Source: Mytilus trossulus
Lineage: Eukaryota
Reading direction: 5' to 3'
Assembly (NCBI RefSeq): GCF_036588685.1
Contig: NC_086379.1
Span: 33,852,001-33,916,000 of the forward strand
Length of the DNA stretch: 64,000 nucleotides
This document shows, in pieces, positions 13,001 to 25,191 of this stretch. Made by a program: the position numbers and the translations under genes. Each line of letters begins with the position of its first letter. Positions within the stretch are counted from its first letter, which is position 1. A model generated the notes under the pieces. The model searched no databases. It was given only the letters and a program-made list of their open reading frames with translations, and was not told where the DNA came from.

Positions 13001-16000
13001 TTTAAATGTATGTTTATTGGTGAATCCATGTATCCTAAATTAAGGTAAGGAAATCATTTTGGACCATTACCATTAGTACCAATCAGAATCTTTACTCATA
13101 ATGTAGCTCTAGCTTTTTATTTCGGTATCCACCAGAATCCACCTTTTGCACAAATGTTGGTCTTTTTCCAACAATTGTGACTTAAACAACAACTAGATGG
13201 GTCAAAGCGACATAAATGGCCCCCGTCTCAAAATGTTGAAAAATCATCAATTTCAATAACACATGTGGTTGATGTGGACACAAACATGATGGTAGTCTCA
13301 CATGTCGAAAATCAGCTCAAAATCTAGTGGTGTATAGAAAATAGTCTGTACAAGAGTGATTTTCAACAATTTTCAAAGTTGATATCCCTTAATTTTGTCA
13401 AAAATTAGCTGAGAAAACCAAAGTCCAAAGCCCAAAATAACAGCAGAAATAGTCAAGTGAAACAAAATTTAACTTGATCTGTAAGTTATCATGGGTAACT
13501 CACATACCAAAAATTTGCCCAATATCTAAAAGCGTTTTGAAAAAGAGTCTGTATAACTGTGCTTTTCAACAATTTATCAAAGTCAAAACCATGTAATTTC
13601 GGTAAAAATTAGCGAAGCAGAACTAAAATTAAACTTGATCTGTAACTCATTATGGTTAACTCACATACCAAAATTTAGCCCATTGTCAGCAGGCGTTTAA
13701 AATTTCTGAATTACAGAATTTCTGTCAAGGATAAAACTATATGGCAGAGCCATAAAATTTGACTGATACGCCGGATAGGTGAAACAATTTACCTTGTTGC
13801 ATGAAATATAATAATATTCTTAAAACAAGAATAATTGTATAGTTAGTAAATAATCTTCCTACCTAGAGAATCATAGCCTGATTCCAACCCTGAAATGGCA
13901 GCGTCTGATGTTACACTTATAATCTGAAAAGAAATAAGAAATATACTGTATAATTGTGTTTTTTTCCTGTAAAAGTACTGTGTGAAACATTCATTGGGTT
14001 TCAGAACCAGAGGTTAGTGGCTTAGCTTGACTATTTTTAAGTGTACACCCCAACCTTTGCGAGAGGTTCGATATCCCTGATCGACCCAGGTTATAACACT
14101 TTCTAGTAGTGGATTTGAGGGGGAGGTGTCATTAACAACTGATCAATAGCAAATCAAAATACCCAATAGGCTATTTTTTCATCTTTTATGTTTAATGCAT
14201 TCATGGTGTTGATTTGAAATCTAATGGTCAAATTTCAAATGGTCAATCATTTCAATGGTGTAACAGAAAATATCCAAACCAGTTACTTTAAAACATTTTT
14301 TCAAATGGAACCGTGGGGTATAGCAATTACTCGAGTAAACCCTCTTTTTGTGCAAATGTAGTTAATGAATATGAATTTATTAACTGTCATAGATGTTATG
14401 GTGCATTATGTTAATTCGTAAAGGGTTCCATGGAACCGTAGTTCTTGCTATATTACCTCTTCCCAAGAAAAGTGAATCTTTTTATCAGTCCATCACAGGA
14501 TTTTAAATAATCAAACAGTTTCTTTATAATTTATTTTCCTTTATTTGGAATATTTTACTACTACCTAAGTCTCATGACAATATCTGAAGGTTTTAAAAAT
14601 TATCATGTAGACAATAATAATAGGGTACCATTTGATTGAAATCAAATATTGTGCCTTTTATTTGCAATTACAAGCTATTGAAGAGAGATTTAATGGCTGG
14701 TGTGCTTTAAACCAGATTTTATTAATTCATTGAGATTGAAATAATTTTTTTACCAAAATTCAAGTGTAGGCCTATGCGTTTTGATGTAAACGTAGCTACG
14801 CGCCTGGAGGTGCATACATGTAAGCTTATTTGTGTAGCCCTAACACATCATACATATTCCTGTCCTTAGTCAAAAAAAAGTCTTTAAAATTTGTGTTGTA
14901 TATTATTCCACAATTTATCCATATGATACAGTAAAGGTTTAATGGCTTAAGGAATTTGCACCATAAAAAATATGAAAGTCTTAAAAACTAAGGAAAAATT
15001 GATTAATCACCTTTAATTCGTTAGAGTCAATCTCTGGAGGGGCTGGCCCACCTCCAGTCATCAAACTGTCTCTCCTCCTTTTGTTCTCCTTCTTTCTGGC
15101 ATCACTTTGCAAATCAAGCCATTTTTTCTTTACTTGCGTGATACTTCTAGGTTGTATGTTGCAGGAATTGATACTGAAAAAAAATGTGTAATGTTTAAAA
15201 ACATACATGTAATTCTTATTTTTATTGATTATCGTTGATCATCTCCAGAAGATTGATTATGTCTCTTTAGCCAATACAGCAAAAGCAAAAAAAAGCAATC
15301 AAGAAGAGATGACCATTTGAAAGTCTGTTATCATGTTAATCGCTATTTGACAATAAAAAATTGTCAATTAAAGGCCACATGCCCCTAAGTTTCTAATGAT
15401 AATTTTTCTTACCTCTTTACCCCGATGAGAAAGGGATTTATTAATCAACAAGATCAAAGGAAAATAAAAGCAATAATAAAGAGATAACTGTATTGTATTT
15501 GAAGCTTTAAGGACGTCCATCGGTAGTTTTACTGTCAGTTTGCCTGGCGACGCGATATAAGTGTTGTGTGGTCACAAGTTGAATATTTTTCAATATTTGA
15601 ATTCTTTGATTAGTTTTTCTTTTTATTACATTGGCAAATGGCTTTTTTTAAAGAAATTTGTGTAAAAAATGTTAGAAACTATATCTTTTTTTCTATGCAT
15701 TTACTATTTGTTTTGTTCTGCCGTTATCAACGTCTTGACAATGCCTATCGTTGTATGATGTCAGAGAGTGAAATACTGTAAATTCAGAAATTATTGCGAG
15801 GTTTTTATTATTGCGAATAATGCGTCTGAGTTGTAAACGCAATAATTAAAACTCGCATTTTGTAATATTTTAACTGAATTAAGCAGGACTTTTCTCAAAA
15901 TCGTAAAAATTAAAATCGCATTCAAGTGTAAATTGACAGAATCGCAATAATAAATGCACGCAATAATTTCTGAATTTACAGTAACCATGTTTATTTCACA

Positions 16001-19000
16001 TGTGAAATTATCGGATTTTATCTTATGTAAATAATTGCAACCTATGTAATAAAAAGATATAAATTAGCAAGATGAACTTCAACCTGCTAACAATGGCTTT
16101 AGAATTATTTTTTTTTCTTATTTTGGAGTATGAAATTCAGAAACAATAAATAATTTCTTCCTATCAAATTCTTACTAATTTTATAAAATTTATATTATCA
16201 TGATTATTAAGTGTTCTAAAACTGATGATCTAGATATAATAATGATATTGACTGTTTTTACAGTAAATGTACTCCAACTGTTTTCACTTTGAGTTGTAAA
16301 TATTCTTATAAATCATTCTTGATATTTAGGAACATGTTTATATATCTAATTGTATGGATGATTGTACTGCCTTATTTATATCAACATGATGTCAGCAATA
16401 AAACTTTGTCAGTTTTTATCCTGTATGTTTTATGTTATTTATTTTTAAAGTTGGCTGTATAGTCATGATAGTAGATGTGAATGTGCTAGATAAAATTCAT
16501 GTTAGTCTTATTAAATTAAAGTAATTATTATTATATAATGTTCAAAATAAAATAAAATAAAATTGAAACCTGAGAAATAAACCAGTACAATGTACAAGTG
16601 AATACATTGTATGTTACAACAGTGGCTAGTAAAGAATTTCCCTTTGGAAATGTTATGTTTTACACATAATAATGATAATTATATCGGTTGGACAAGTTAA
16701 ACATATATACTTTTTCTTATCATTTCAAAAGTAATCTTTAAAATGAAAATATTGAAGAGGTTGGGAACAAACCCTCTATATGGTGGTAATACATGGAATA
16801 GAAGGATAATCTATTTTTGTTTAATCTGGATTTAAATCAAAATAGGCCAGGGCAGACTGTCACTGGCATTCTCTACTTATTATGGCAGTGACCTGAAACA
16901 GTTGATGCACCAATTGATGTTCTTAATTTAATATGTACATGCCCAGTTTGATGCTTACCCGACTAAATATAAAATCTATTGTTTACCATGATTGAAAGCA
17001 ATGATGATCAGGTTTATTCTACTCACTTATGCCTCACTGAACAGAATTTCTATTGATAGATTTTACATGAAATTTAAAGGTCAACTATTCAATTTGTTGT
17101 TGATCAGGTGTTCAGATAGGGCATGTCAGTTAACTGCTATAGTAGTCTGTTGTAATATATATAATCAAGTGTCATTTTGTTTATTTTCTTTTGTTACATC
17201 TTCTGACATCAGATTCGGACTTCTCTTGAACATGTTGAATTGAATTTTAAATGTACATATTGTTATGCGTTACTTTTCTTCATTGGCTACAGGTGGCACG
17301 GTAGTATTTCCTGGCCCATAGGGGATAATGATAGCCTTTTTAGAATTTTCACCACTTTCTAACACTGCAAAAAATTCTACATTCACAGTTTACTGAAGTA
17401 CTTTCATTTTACTATTCAGAAATGAATTTGAATATGTATCATGACCGTTTACTTTTTTTGCTATTTTTAAAAACCTAAGGCCACTAGTACTTTTAGGTCT
17501 TTTATGGTGCAGTGAATACAAAATTTAAAAAAAATCTCAAAAATTCATTTTCATCTGTATGTAAAATTATTTCATATTTTTCTACACCTGATTCATCCCT
17601 CAGTTTGGGAAAGTATGTTCAGTTGATACTGTACTTTTTGTCCAATCACACTGTTTAGATACATTTACCTAAGTAGGGTACACAAAAGAGCAACCTAAAT
17701 TCTGGAAAGCAAATACTACCGTGCCACCTTAACCAAGACATAACAAACTTGCAACCAGTCATGACACCTATGATGCATAGACTTCTTATTTTGGAACATA
17801 TTACAATAAAGAATACTAGTCTGCACTCATTTCTTACCCAAAAAAAATGAAACATTACATCCCTACCCCATCTGGCAGATTTTCACTTTTTTTTTCATCT
17901 TACCATTTTTACTTAAGGAGTGAACAAAACCCAAATATATGATGTTTCAAATCAACACAGAAGTCAAACATGGTGATTCAGGAGGAATTAGTGGATTGCC
18001 AACTCTGTTTATGGTTAATCTGACTGAAAGAAACAGTTTTAGCACCAAATCATAAAAACTGGTATTAAAGTCCATTCCACATTTTACAGCATGCCTTATA
18101 TTACTTTAAACATTTCCAGATTATGAGGATAATACAACAAGAGTCTTTAGATTGCAGTTAACTATTATTCCAAAATCTGTTTGGCAATACATGTACTAGA
18201 ACACATCTCTTAGTTGACTGTTTGTCTATTTCTCATGTATGCATTAAGTTAAATTATGTCCCCTTACATAATCAATTTGCCTTTATTGTGCTTTTCACTG
18301 TCAGAAAATCTTAAAAGTTAATGGTATTTGCATGGAAAATGAATAAACCATTTAATCTTGCTGATATAACATCATAAAAACATTCTTTGTCAAAAATAAT
18401 GTCTTGTCAATGTAAAGACACCCCTATTTCTATCACTATTTCAGACCAATATGAGAGCTAAATCAATAAGTAAGGACCCCTTAACCACTTACTGGTTCCC
18501 CAAAAGCTGCTACTGGTGTCATGTTACATCAGAACTACAAATTAAACCTGAATAAAACTAGTATAGCTGTACTTCTGTTGAAAAAAATAAGAAATTATGC
18601 AATTTATTCATTTCGGTGAAAATAATAGGACCTACATGCAACCTAAGAATGTCGCGTCTCAAATTTCAGTGGTTGCACATGTGTTAGACACTGCGAAAAG
18701 TTAAAGCGAGCATTTATAATTGAAAGTGTATTGCATGTTACATAAAAATAATGAATTTCAACTTTCTAGGTAAATATCTACATTATCACCCACAGGTCAG
18801 GCAAAATTTGCTGAATCAGCAATTTTTACTCTCAGGGGTGGAATTTAAGGCTTGTTTTTATCATAGTTGCCCTTAATCAACTTTTTATTGATAAACTTAC
18901 AAATTGCATAGGTAAAAAAGAATCCTTTAATGATTTAGTGTAAAAATATATATCCCCCTTAAGGTGGCACGGTAGTATTTCCTGGCCCATAGGGGATAAT

Positions 19001-19601
19001 GATAGCCTTTTTAGAATTTTCACCACTTTCTAACACTGCAAAAAATTCTACATTCACAGTTTACTGAAGTACTTTCATTTTACTATTCAGAAATGAATTT
19101 GAATATGTATCATGACCGTTTACTTTTTTTGCTATTTTTAAAAACCTAAGGCCACTAGTACTTTTAGGTCTTTTATGGTGCAGTGAATACAAAATTTAAA
19201 AAAAATCTCAAAAATTCATTTTCATCTGTATGTAAAATTATTTCATATTTTTCTACACCTGATTCATCCCTCAGTTTGGGAAAGTATGTTCAGTTGATAC
19301 TGTACTTTTTGTCCAATCACACTGTTTAGATACATTTACCTAAGTAGGGTACACAAAAGAGCAACCTAAATTCTGGAAAGCAAATACTACCGTGCCACCT
19401 ACAGATATAGGGGAGGGTTGAGTTGAAGATTGTTTACCTTTCTGTAATGGAGTCCCAACATTTAGTTTTGTCGGAACTGGATAGGCCAGGAGAAAATTTC
19501 CCCTTAATTATGTCTATACTCCCGGTAACAAGAGTTACAAGGGTTGAAACCTCTTCTTTTGACCACCGGATGGCCTTCCCTGTGCTAACAATAGAGTCCA
19601 T
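10100..19601 (-). CDS. Harbinger Myb/SANT-like DNA-binding protein, ~281 aa; exons 19601-19438, 15173-15011, 13923-13863, 12298-12245, 11664-11614, 11315-11235, 10371-10100
   Basis: MDSIVSTGKAIRWSKEEVSTLV...KTKCWDSITES|INSCNIQPRSITQVKKKWLDLQSDARKK...MTGGGPAPP...|IISVTSDAAISGLESGYDS: trihelix Trp pattern plus TGGG motif, then a C-terminal Lys/Glu coiled coil. GT-AG junctions are in phase, total 846 nt. Small middle exons are less certain. Confidence 0.87.
15774..15983. mobile_element. TA-flanked MITE (TACTGTAAATTCAGAAATTATTGCG family)
   Basis: 25-bp inverted ends TACTGTAAATTCAGAAATTATTGCG / CGCAATAATTTCTGAATTTACAGTA; second copy at 27632-27813. Confidence 0.85.
17292..19399. mobile_element. 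Composite-like KolobokP-type non-autonomous DNA transposon: LTDR1 17292-17728, internal region, LTDR2 18963-19399
   Basis: Two apparently identical 437-bp direct repeats, each bounded by an 18-bp TIR GGTGGCACGGTAGTATTT/AAATACTACCGTGCCACC. TTAA at both inner junctions (17729-32, 18959-62); TACA TSD at 17288-91 and 19400-03. Confidence 0.88.
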
Positions 19602-19894
19602 CTTCAAGTTATGATGTCGTCTGCTTGGGAACCTTTCATGAAGCACATTTCGCGGATTTTGTTTTTAACTATAAATGTTTATATTACAATTCGATACTCA
19701 ACATACTTACCTGAAACCGTTCCATTCTTATATAACCTGCTTGTCTTACTTGAAAGAACTGTATACATAAACCAGAAATATATCATATGACATATGATTG
19801 TCGATAAAGAGCTCCGATAAATGATATTATTAATTCAACACAGGTGCGCGTCTGATCAATTTACCGACCTTCACACAAAAGAGCTGTATAAACC

Positions 19895-20024
19895 GTGGTC
19901 GGTAATCGGAAGTCGTACGATAATTTTTCCGACACGTTTGTGAAACACTCGTTAACTTGGTCGGGAACATATTCTACGACCAGTCGTAAATCGTACGATT
20001 TACGATGTTTTGTGAAACGATGGC
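19895..20024. promoter_or_regulatory. Right subterminal repeats and TIR of the Harbinger
   Basis: GTCGTACGA, TTTGTGAAAC and GTCGTAAATCGTACGATTTACGA motifs leading into the TIR. Confidence 0.6.
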
Positions 20025-20789
20025 CTGGGGAATATTGTCCCGAGTAAATTTTTATATTGCACGAGCTTGCGAGTGTAATTTATGTTCTACGATGGACAAT
20101 ATTCCCGAATATTTATGCATAACCCTTTTATTGTATAGCAATATAATATTTGGAAGTAAATCTTGGTTTAAACTAAGATTTTGTCGTTGATGACGTCATG
20201 AATCTTAAAGATGTATTGCACTAGGGTAATATTGGAATTTATTGCACGCTAGCTTTTGGCTACTTTCTATGTTAAAGGTTATATTGCTTTGCAACAAGAT
20301 TTATTAATTCATGTATTTCTTTTGTAGACGAAACGCACGTCTGGCGTGAATACTTTTATGTTAAAAGAAACTCTTGCAACAAATTTTTCTTATGGTACGA
20401 ACGTAACTGCCGATATATTGAATCAATGTTGAATACATTTGTATCATAGCTTTCTCTACCTGTTTAACCATGTATATTTGCTCTGTGGTTTTTGTCTGAA
20501 GGCTTTATTATTACAGTATTTAAAAAACAGTGACAGAAGATGTTACATAATAACTTTCAAAAGAATGACCAAACTAGACAGGAAGGAAGTTAATCAACAC
20601 TGCTATGACGTATCACTCTTACCGCAACAATATTGGGAGGAAATACAAGTAATATATGTACATTTACGATCATTCTTGTATTTAAAAGGGTTGGAACTCT
20701 AGTATACCTAGAGCGTCACAAATTATACATTTATTATCATCTGTATAAATGTGTTACAATCAATAATTTGGTACTCGAGTAATAGTTTC

Positions 20790-22229
20790 AAGTTTTTAGA
20801 GGCTTCCAATCCGCCAGTTATGATAAATTCGATTACTTCTTTAAAGACCCAAATGTTGCAAAACAACTATCCTACATCCATGACAAATATGTTGTTGTCC
20901 CCGCATATAAAGTCCCAAGCATCATCGTGTTTGTGCGCAAAGCTCGTGACATTAAATGCTTGATACACGAATAGGTATTGGCAATTCACTTGAAAATTCA
21001 ACATATACCCTCACGACACTTTACGAAGAGGACATCGTGGATAATCATAGGTCTGTACTATTTTCCTTTGGAACAATGTTAAAATTCAACTAATTTGAAA
21101 GAACTTGATCTTCGATCACTGTATTAATTACCTAAACTTCATAAAAACAACGGTAAATTGCTGGGTCTTCCTAGTTTTCCCCGAAACCTCTTTCTAAACT
21201 ATTAACATCTATTTTATCAACAATCAAAGCCGGGCTTCAAAGTTATTGTAAAACTGCATATTCTAGAGGTGGCGTGAATCAGATGTGGAAAATAAATAAA
21301 TCCAAAGATATTGTAGATGACATACAATCTAACTCTCTTTCATCTTGTCTATTCTACACTTCGGACGCATGAAATTTTTAAAAGAGTTGTTTTGAATTTT
21401 TTACACAAATATTCCACATTCCAAACTAAAAGACAAATTGAAAGAGTTGACATTGCTTTGTTTCATGTAAAATAATGGCCAACGTAGATTCAAGTATCTT
21501 GTCATATGGAAATGAGGGAGGAATAAATCCTACTTTGTAAAGGATCACTCCGATTTAAACAAAAAATTCTCTGAAACTGCATTATAAAGATGTTTGATTT
21601 CTTGATTGACAACATATTTGTTGCGTTCGAAGGAGGTGTTTTCAAAGAGACTTTCGGCATTCCAATGGAAACCAATTGTGCCCCTCTTCTGGCCGACTTG
21701 TTTCTATATAATTATGAGGTTGACGTCATACAGACACGTCTTAGGATTAAAGATTACAAGTAAGCAATTTCATTTAACTCTACTTTTCGCTATAAAGATG
21801 ATTTTCTCTGACTAAATATATCCAAGCGAACTAGAGATACAGGATACAAATGATACGGTTAAGTCGGCTTCATATCTTGATTTACATCTAGAAATTGACA
21901 ATGAGGGTCGGTTGAAAACAAAACTTTACGACAAAAGAGATAATTTAGGCTTTCCAATTGTGAACTTTCCATTTCTAAGTAGCAACATTCTAGCAGTACC
22001 TGCATACGTGGTTTATATCCCCCAATTGATACGATACTCTCGTGCTTGCATTGCCCATCAAGTACTTTTTGATAGAGAGCTGCTGCTGATCACAAGGAAG
22101 CTATGAATCCAAAAGTTCTAAATAGTGAAGTAAAAATCATCTCTTCGTAATTTTTTGCGCACGCCATTACGAGTTGGTTGACTGTTATGAAATGACAGTT
22201 TCACAAATGATATCGAATATGTTCCTAAC
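20790..22229 (+). pseudogene. Decayed Penelope-like retroelement reverse transcriptase (Naiad-like by inference)
   Basis: Fragmented translation with HDKYVVVPA, PKLHK, SRGGVNQMW, FDFLIDNIFV, GIPMETNCAPLLADLFLY, FRYKDD (YIDD motif) and LKTKLYDKRD..FPIVNFPFLSSNI...QLIRYSRAC; many stops and frameshifts. Confidence 0.85.
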
Positions 22230-22261
22230 AGTTATCAAAGGTACCAGGATTATAATTTAAT

Positions 22262-22305
22262 ACGCCAGACGCGCGTTTCGTCTACATAAGACTCATCAGT
22301 GACGC
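22262..22305 (-). ncRNA. Minimal type I hammerhead ribozyme
   Basis: Minus strand GCGTCA CTGATGA GTCT TATGT AGAC GAAA CGCGCG TC TGGCGT: complete core, stem II GTCT/AGAC, palindromic stem III, stem I GCGTCA/TGGCGT; GUC cleavage predicted between 22268 and 22267. Confidence 0.85.
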
Positions 22306-22639
22306 TCAGATCAAAACAGTTAAAAAGCCAAACAAATACAAAGTTGAAGAGCATTGAAGACCCAAAATTCCAAAAAGTTGTGCCAAATACGGCTAAGGTA
22401 ATCTACTCCTGGGCATAAGAAAACCCTTAGTTTTTGAAAAATCAAAGTTTTGTAAACAGAAAATTTATAAATTTGTAACGTTGTAACAACAACCCCTTTC
22501 CCTTTCATGAATGTGACCTACTTGATTGTGAAGACGTGTCTTTACTCTAAGATCGATTATGAATAATACGAATTCATGAACCTGACGAAATTTTACATAT
22601 TAATAATTGGCAAGCATCTCGCAAAATGTTCAATTGGTA

Positions 22640-23095
22640 TTGATCCGTTTCAGATCCGTTTATCATCCTTTTAATCCGTTTTACGTCCGCTAGAAGTCCG
22701 TTTCTAATTCCTTCAGTATCCGTTTTATCCGTTAAATATCCGGTAGAAGTCTATTAGTGAATTTGTTTACCAGACCTCTAACGGATGAATACCGTACAGG
22801 TAACGGATACAAACGGAAAACGGAAACAAAACGGTCAAGTACCTACAAAACGGACGCCTACTGGGCAGTCAACGCACATTTTATCCGTTGGACGTCCTTT
22901 CGAAGTTTTGAACATGCTCAACATTTTCATCCGAACAGAACGGACGTCAACAGATAAAACGTTCGCTAAACGGAAATGAAACGGATATGAACGGCAGTTT
23001 AACGGATAAGAAGGGACGTCTAACGGTTATGAACAGATTGAAAAAAAGTATTCATTATGCATCCGTTCGAGCCATCCGTTAAGGTATGCCTGAGG
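22640..23095. mobile_element. Degenerate MITE-like element rich in TCCGTT/AACGGA motifs
   Basis: Alternating blocks of TCCGTT and AACGGA repeats in inverted arrangement; ends not resolved. Confidence 0.45.
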
Positions 23096-23104
23096 CTTGA
23101 TAAT

Positions 23105-23535
23105 TTCAAAATTTATAAACGGAATATTTTAGTTAGATTGAATAATGTTAGTACCGAAGCACTGACTACTGAGCTGATGATACCCTAGGGGACTGATAGT
23201 CCACTAGCAGATAAAACAACACGATTGATCATTTCTAGCGTCCGAAGCGCTTTTCTGGATTTACCTTCATTAGAAACGCTCAAAGCCAAACATTTGAAAT
23301 CTGAAGATGTATAAATACCGAAACCGTTGAAGAGCTATATGTAAAAAAAATAAAAAATAGCTAAATTCATCTAAAGCCAATTTTGTATGAGAGCTGAAAC
23401 CTTAGTTTTTTTTTAATTATTTCAAAATTTATAAACGGAGTATTTTAGTAAAGTTTGTTACATCATGTCAGTATTGGATCACTGACTACTTGGCTGATGA
23501 TAACCTCGGGACTGATAGTCCACCAGCAGAGGTAG
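23105..23535 (-). repeat. ~315-bp partial tandem repeat containing a degenerate hammerhead motif (retrozyme/PLE pLTR-like)
   Basis: TTCAAAATTTATAAACGGA...CACTGACTACT..GCTGATGATA..GGGACTGATAGTCCAC occurs at ~23105 and ~23421. Minus strand GAGCGTTT CTAATGA AGGTAAATCCA GAAA AGCGCT TC GGACGC at ~23281-23238. Confidence 0.55.
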
Positions 23536-23839
23536 TTAACTGTTCCACTGGTACCGTTTGTCCCTCTTTTATATGTGTTAATTATATTTACCTCCAGATA
23601 TATCACAAACTGTCCAGTACTTGAAAGTGCAGTCAACAGCTTTGAGTTCAAACGTATTATCACCACGTACAACAGCTGAACATGTAAGTTTTTGATCGAC
23701 ATCATTTTGGATTTGTATTTTCCTATGAATTGAATTAACATTTATAGATATCCAGTACTACAAATCAAGTTGTTACAGTAATTGGGTTATTTTACTCTTT
23801 CATTTAACACAAACCTATAGCATTGATTTTTATTCCATA

Positions 23840-24553
23840 CCAAAGACCATATGCAGCAGAAGACAAAAAAGTTAAAAGAAACAGCTAAATTGATCAATGC
23901 CAACAAGACAAAGCTAATGTACCTCAATATAGAGAGACATCCTGTCATATTTGTAAAAGGGAAACAGCTGGAAACAGAAGATTCATTTAATTTTCTAGGC
24001 AGTTGTATAACAACAGAAGGTGGCGCTGAAAGAGATATAAAGAACATAATAGGAAGATCTAGATCCGCATTTATTAGATAAGGCAACATCTGGAAAACAA
24101 CAGCATTTTCAAAGAAGACCAAGCTCATGCTCTTCAACAGCTATGTACTCTCTATACTCCTATATTGTTCAGAGTGCTGGAGAATGACTAAGAAAGACAT
24201 CAACATACTCTCCAGCTTCCATTACACATGTCTGCGAAAGATAACGAAGATAGCAAAGACCTACATGAGATGACGAACACCAAAGACATGGAGACTTTGC
24301 TGATACAAAAAAGGTAAAAGTGGCTTAGTCATGTTATACACCAAACCATCTGATGACATGACCAAGGTAGCCCTTAGATGAACACCAGAAAGGCACAGAA
24401 AGAGAGGCCGAACTAAAACAACATTGCGAAAATTTCCATAACCCGGAAAGAGGATAAACCTGTGGAACAGTGGAAAGAAAAACAAACAGAATGGAGGAAA
24501 CTTGTCCTTGCCCTATGTGCCATAAGGCATAACATTTATTAAGTAAGTAAGTA
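23840..24553 (+). mobile_element. 5'-truncated, decayed RTE-clade LINE (3' end of RT ORF)
   Basis: MQQKT..L..TA..INANKTK.M...LE..DSFNFLGS.IT..GG...DIK..IGRSRSAF, IWK, KTKL.LFNS, SECWR, RGRP-like and W..LV.ALC motifs; ends in a (TAAG)n tail. Confidence 0.8.
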
Positions 24554-25191
24554 AAGCATTGATACCCATTCTTAAAAACACTTTTATCTTCCTAACCAAA
24601 AGTGAGGTTTTAAAATTGTTCATGTAGTTATATTGGTTCAAGAGACAATCGAACTAGAAAGATTCATTGAGTACATTAATCTACTTATGGTAGATTGTCG
24701 TCAATTAAGAACAAGTTTTTAAAATAAAATTTTAATGTTATTGTTTTTATGAATAACTTGTTAATATTATGAAAAAAACAATAACAACTTTTTTGTTTAA
24801 AATAATTAGAATTTACGGTGCATTAATTTGATGGCAAAATTTTCCATCAGTTAACATTGTACGTCGTCGTCAAAGCACTTGCAACGTTTCCAGTGCACTA
24901 GACATTCAATCACCTAAGACATTTCTAAGTTTAATCATGTAAAGTTTCAGTGACTAATATAATCATCTTCGGTTTTATCTAGTATTGTAATACAGTGCAT
25001 GGTGTATAATAGAAGATAAATGGTGTGCTATTGATACGAGGTGTCTCGTTTGCCGCAGCCATCTCAAGTTTCAATGAAATATTATACGTCTAAACATAAA
25101 ACATTTATCTTACGGCATGGTAATCCATATGCACATTATTATGCTTAAAAAAGCAAGTGAATATAGTAGTACATAAACATATTTTACGCAC

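Larger units (their letters stand above)
1960..20024 (+). mobile_element. PIF/Harbinger DNA transposon, ~18 kb, two convergent genes (transposase +, Myb/SANT -)
   Basis: TIRs GCCACCGTTTCACAAAGGGTCGTAAATCGT (1960-1989) and ACGATTTACGATGTTTTGTGAAACGATGGC (19995-20024), 26/30 match. CTG at 1957-1959 and 20025-20027 fits the CWG target known for animal Harbingers. TCGTAAATCG/GTTTCACAAA motifs repeat at both ends; encloses the DDE transposase + Myb gene pair. Confidence 0.93.

Noticed and set aside
17292-19399. LTR retrotransposon / TRIM
   Set aside because: The repeats lack TG...CA ends, PBS and PPT, and have TIRs with TTAA junctions.
1957-20027. CTG/CTG read as a genuine target-site duplication
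   Set aside because: The left CTG derives from the element's own exon 1 and the two flanks are unrelated; the match reflects CWG target preference.
20455-20740. Further Cys-containing exons of the WSC gene on the minus strand
   Set aside because: Candidate splice sites give stops in the required phase; no consistent model could be built.
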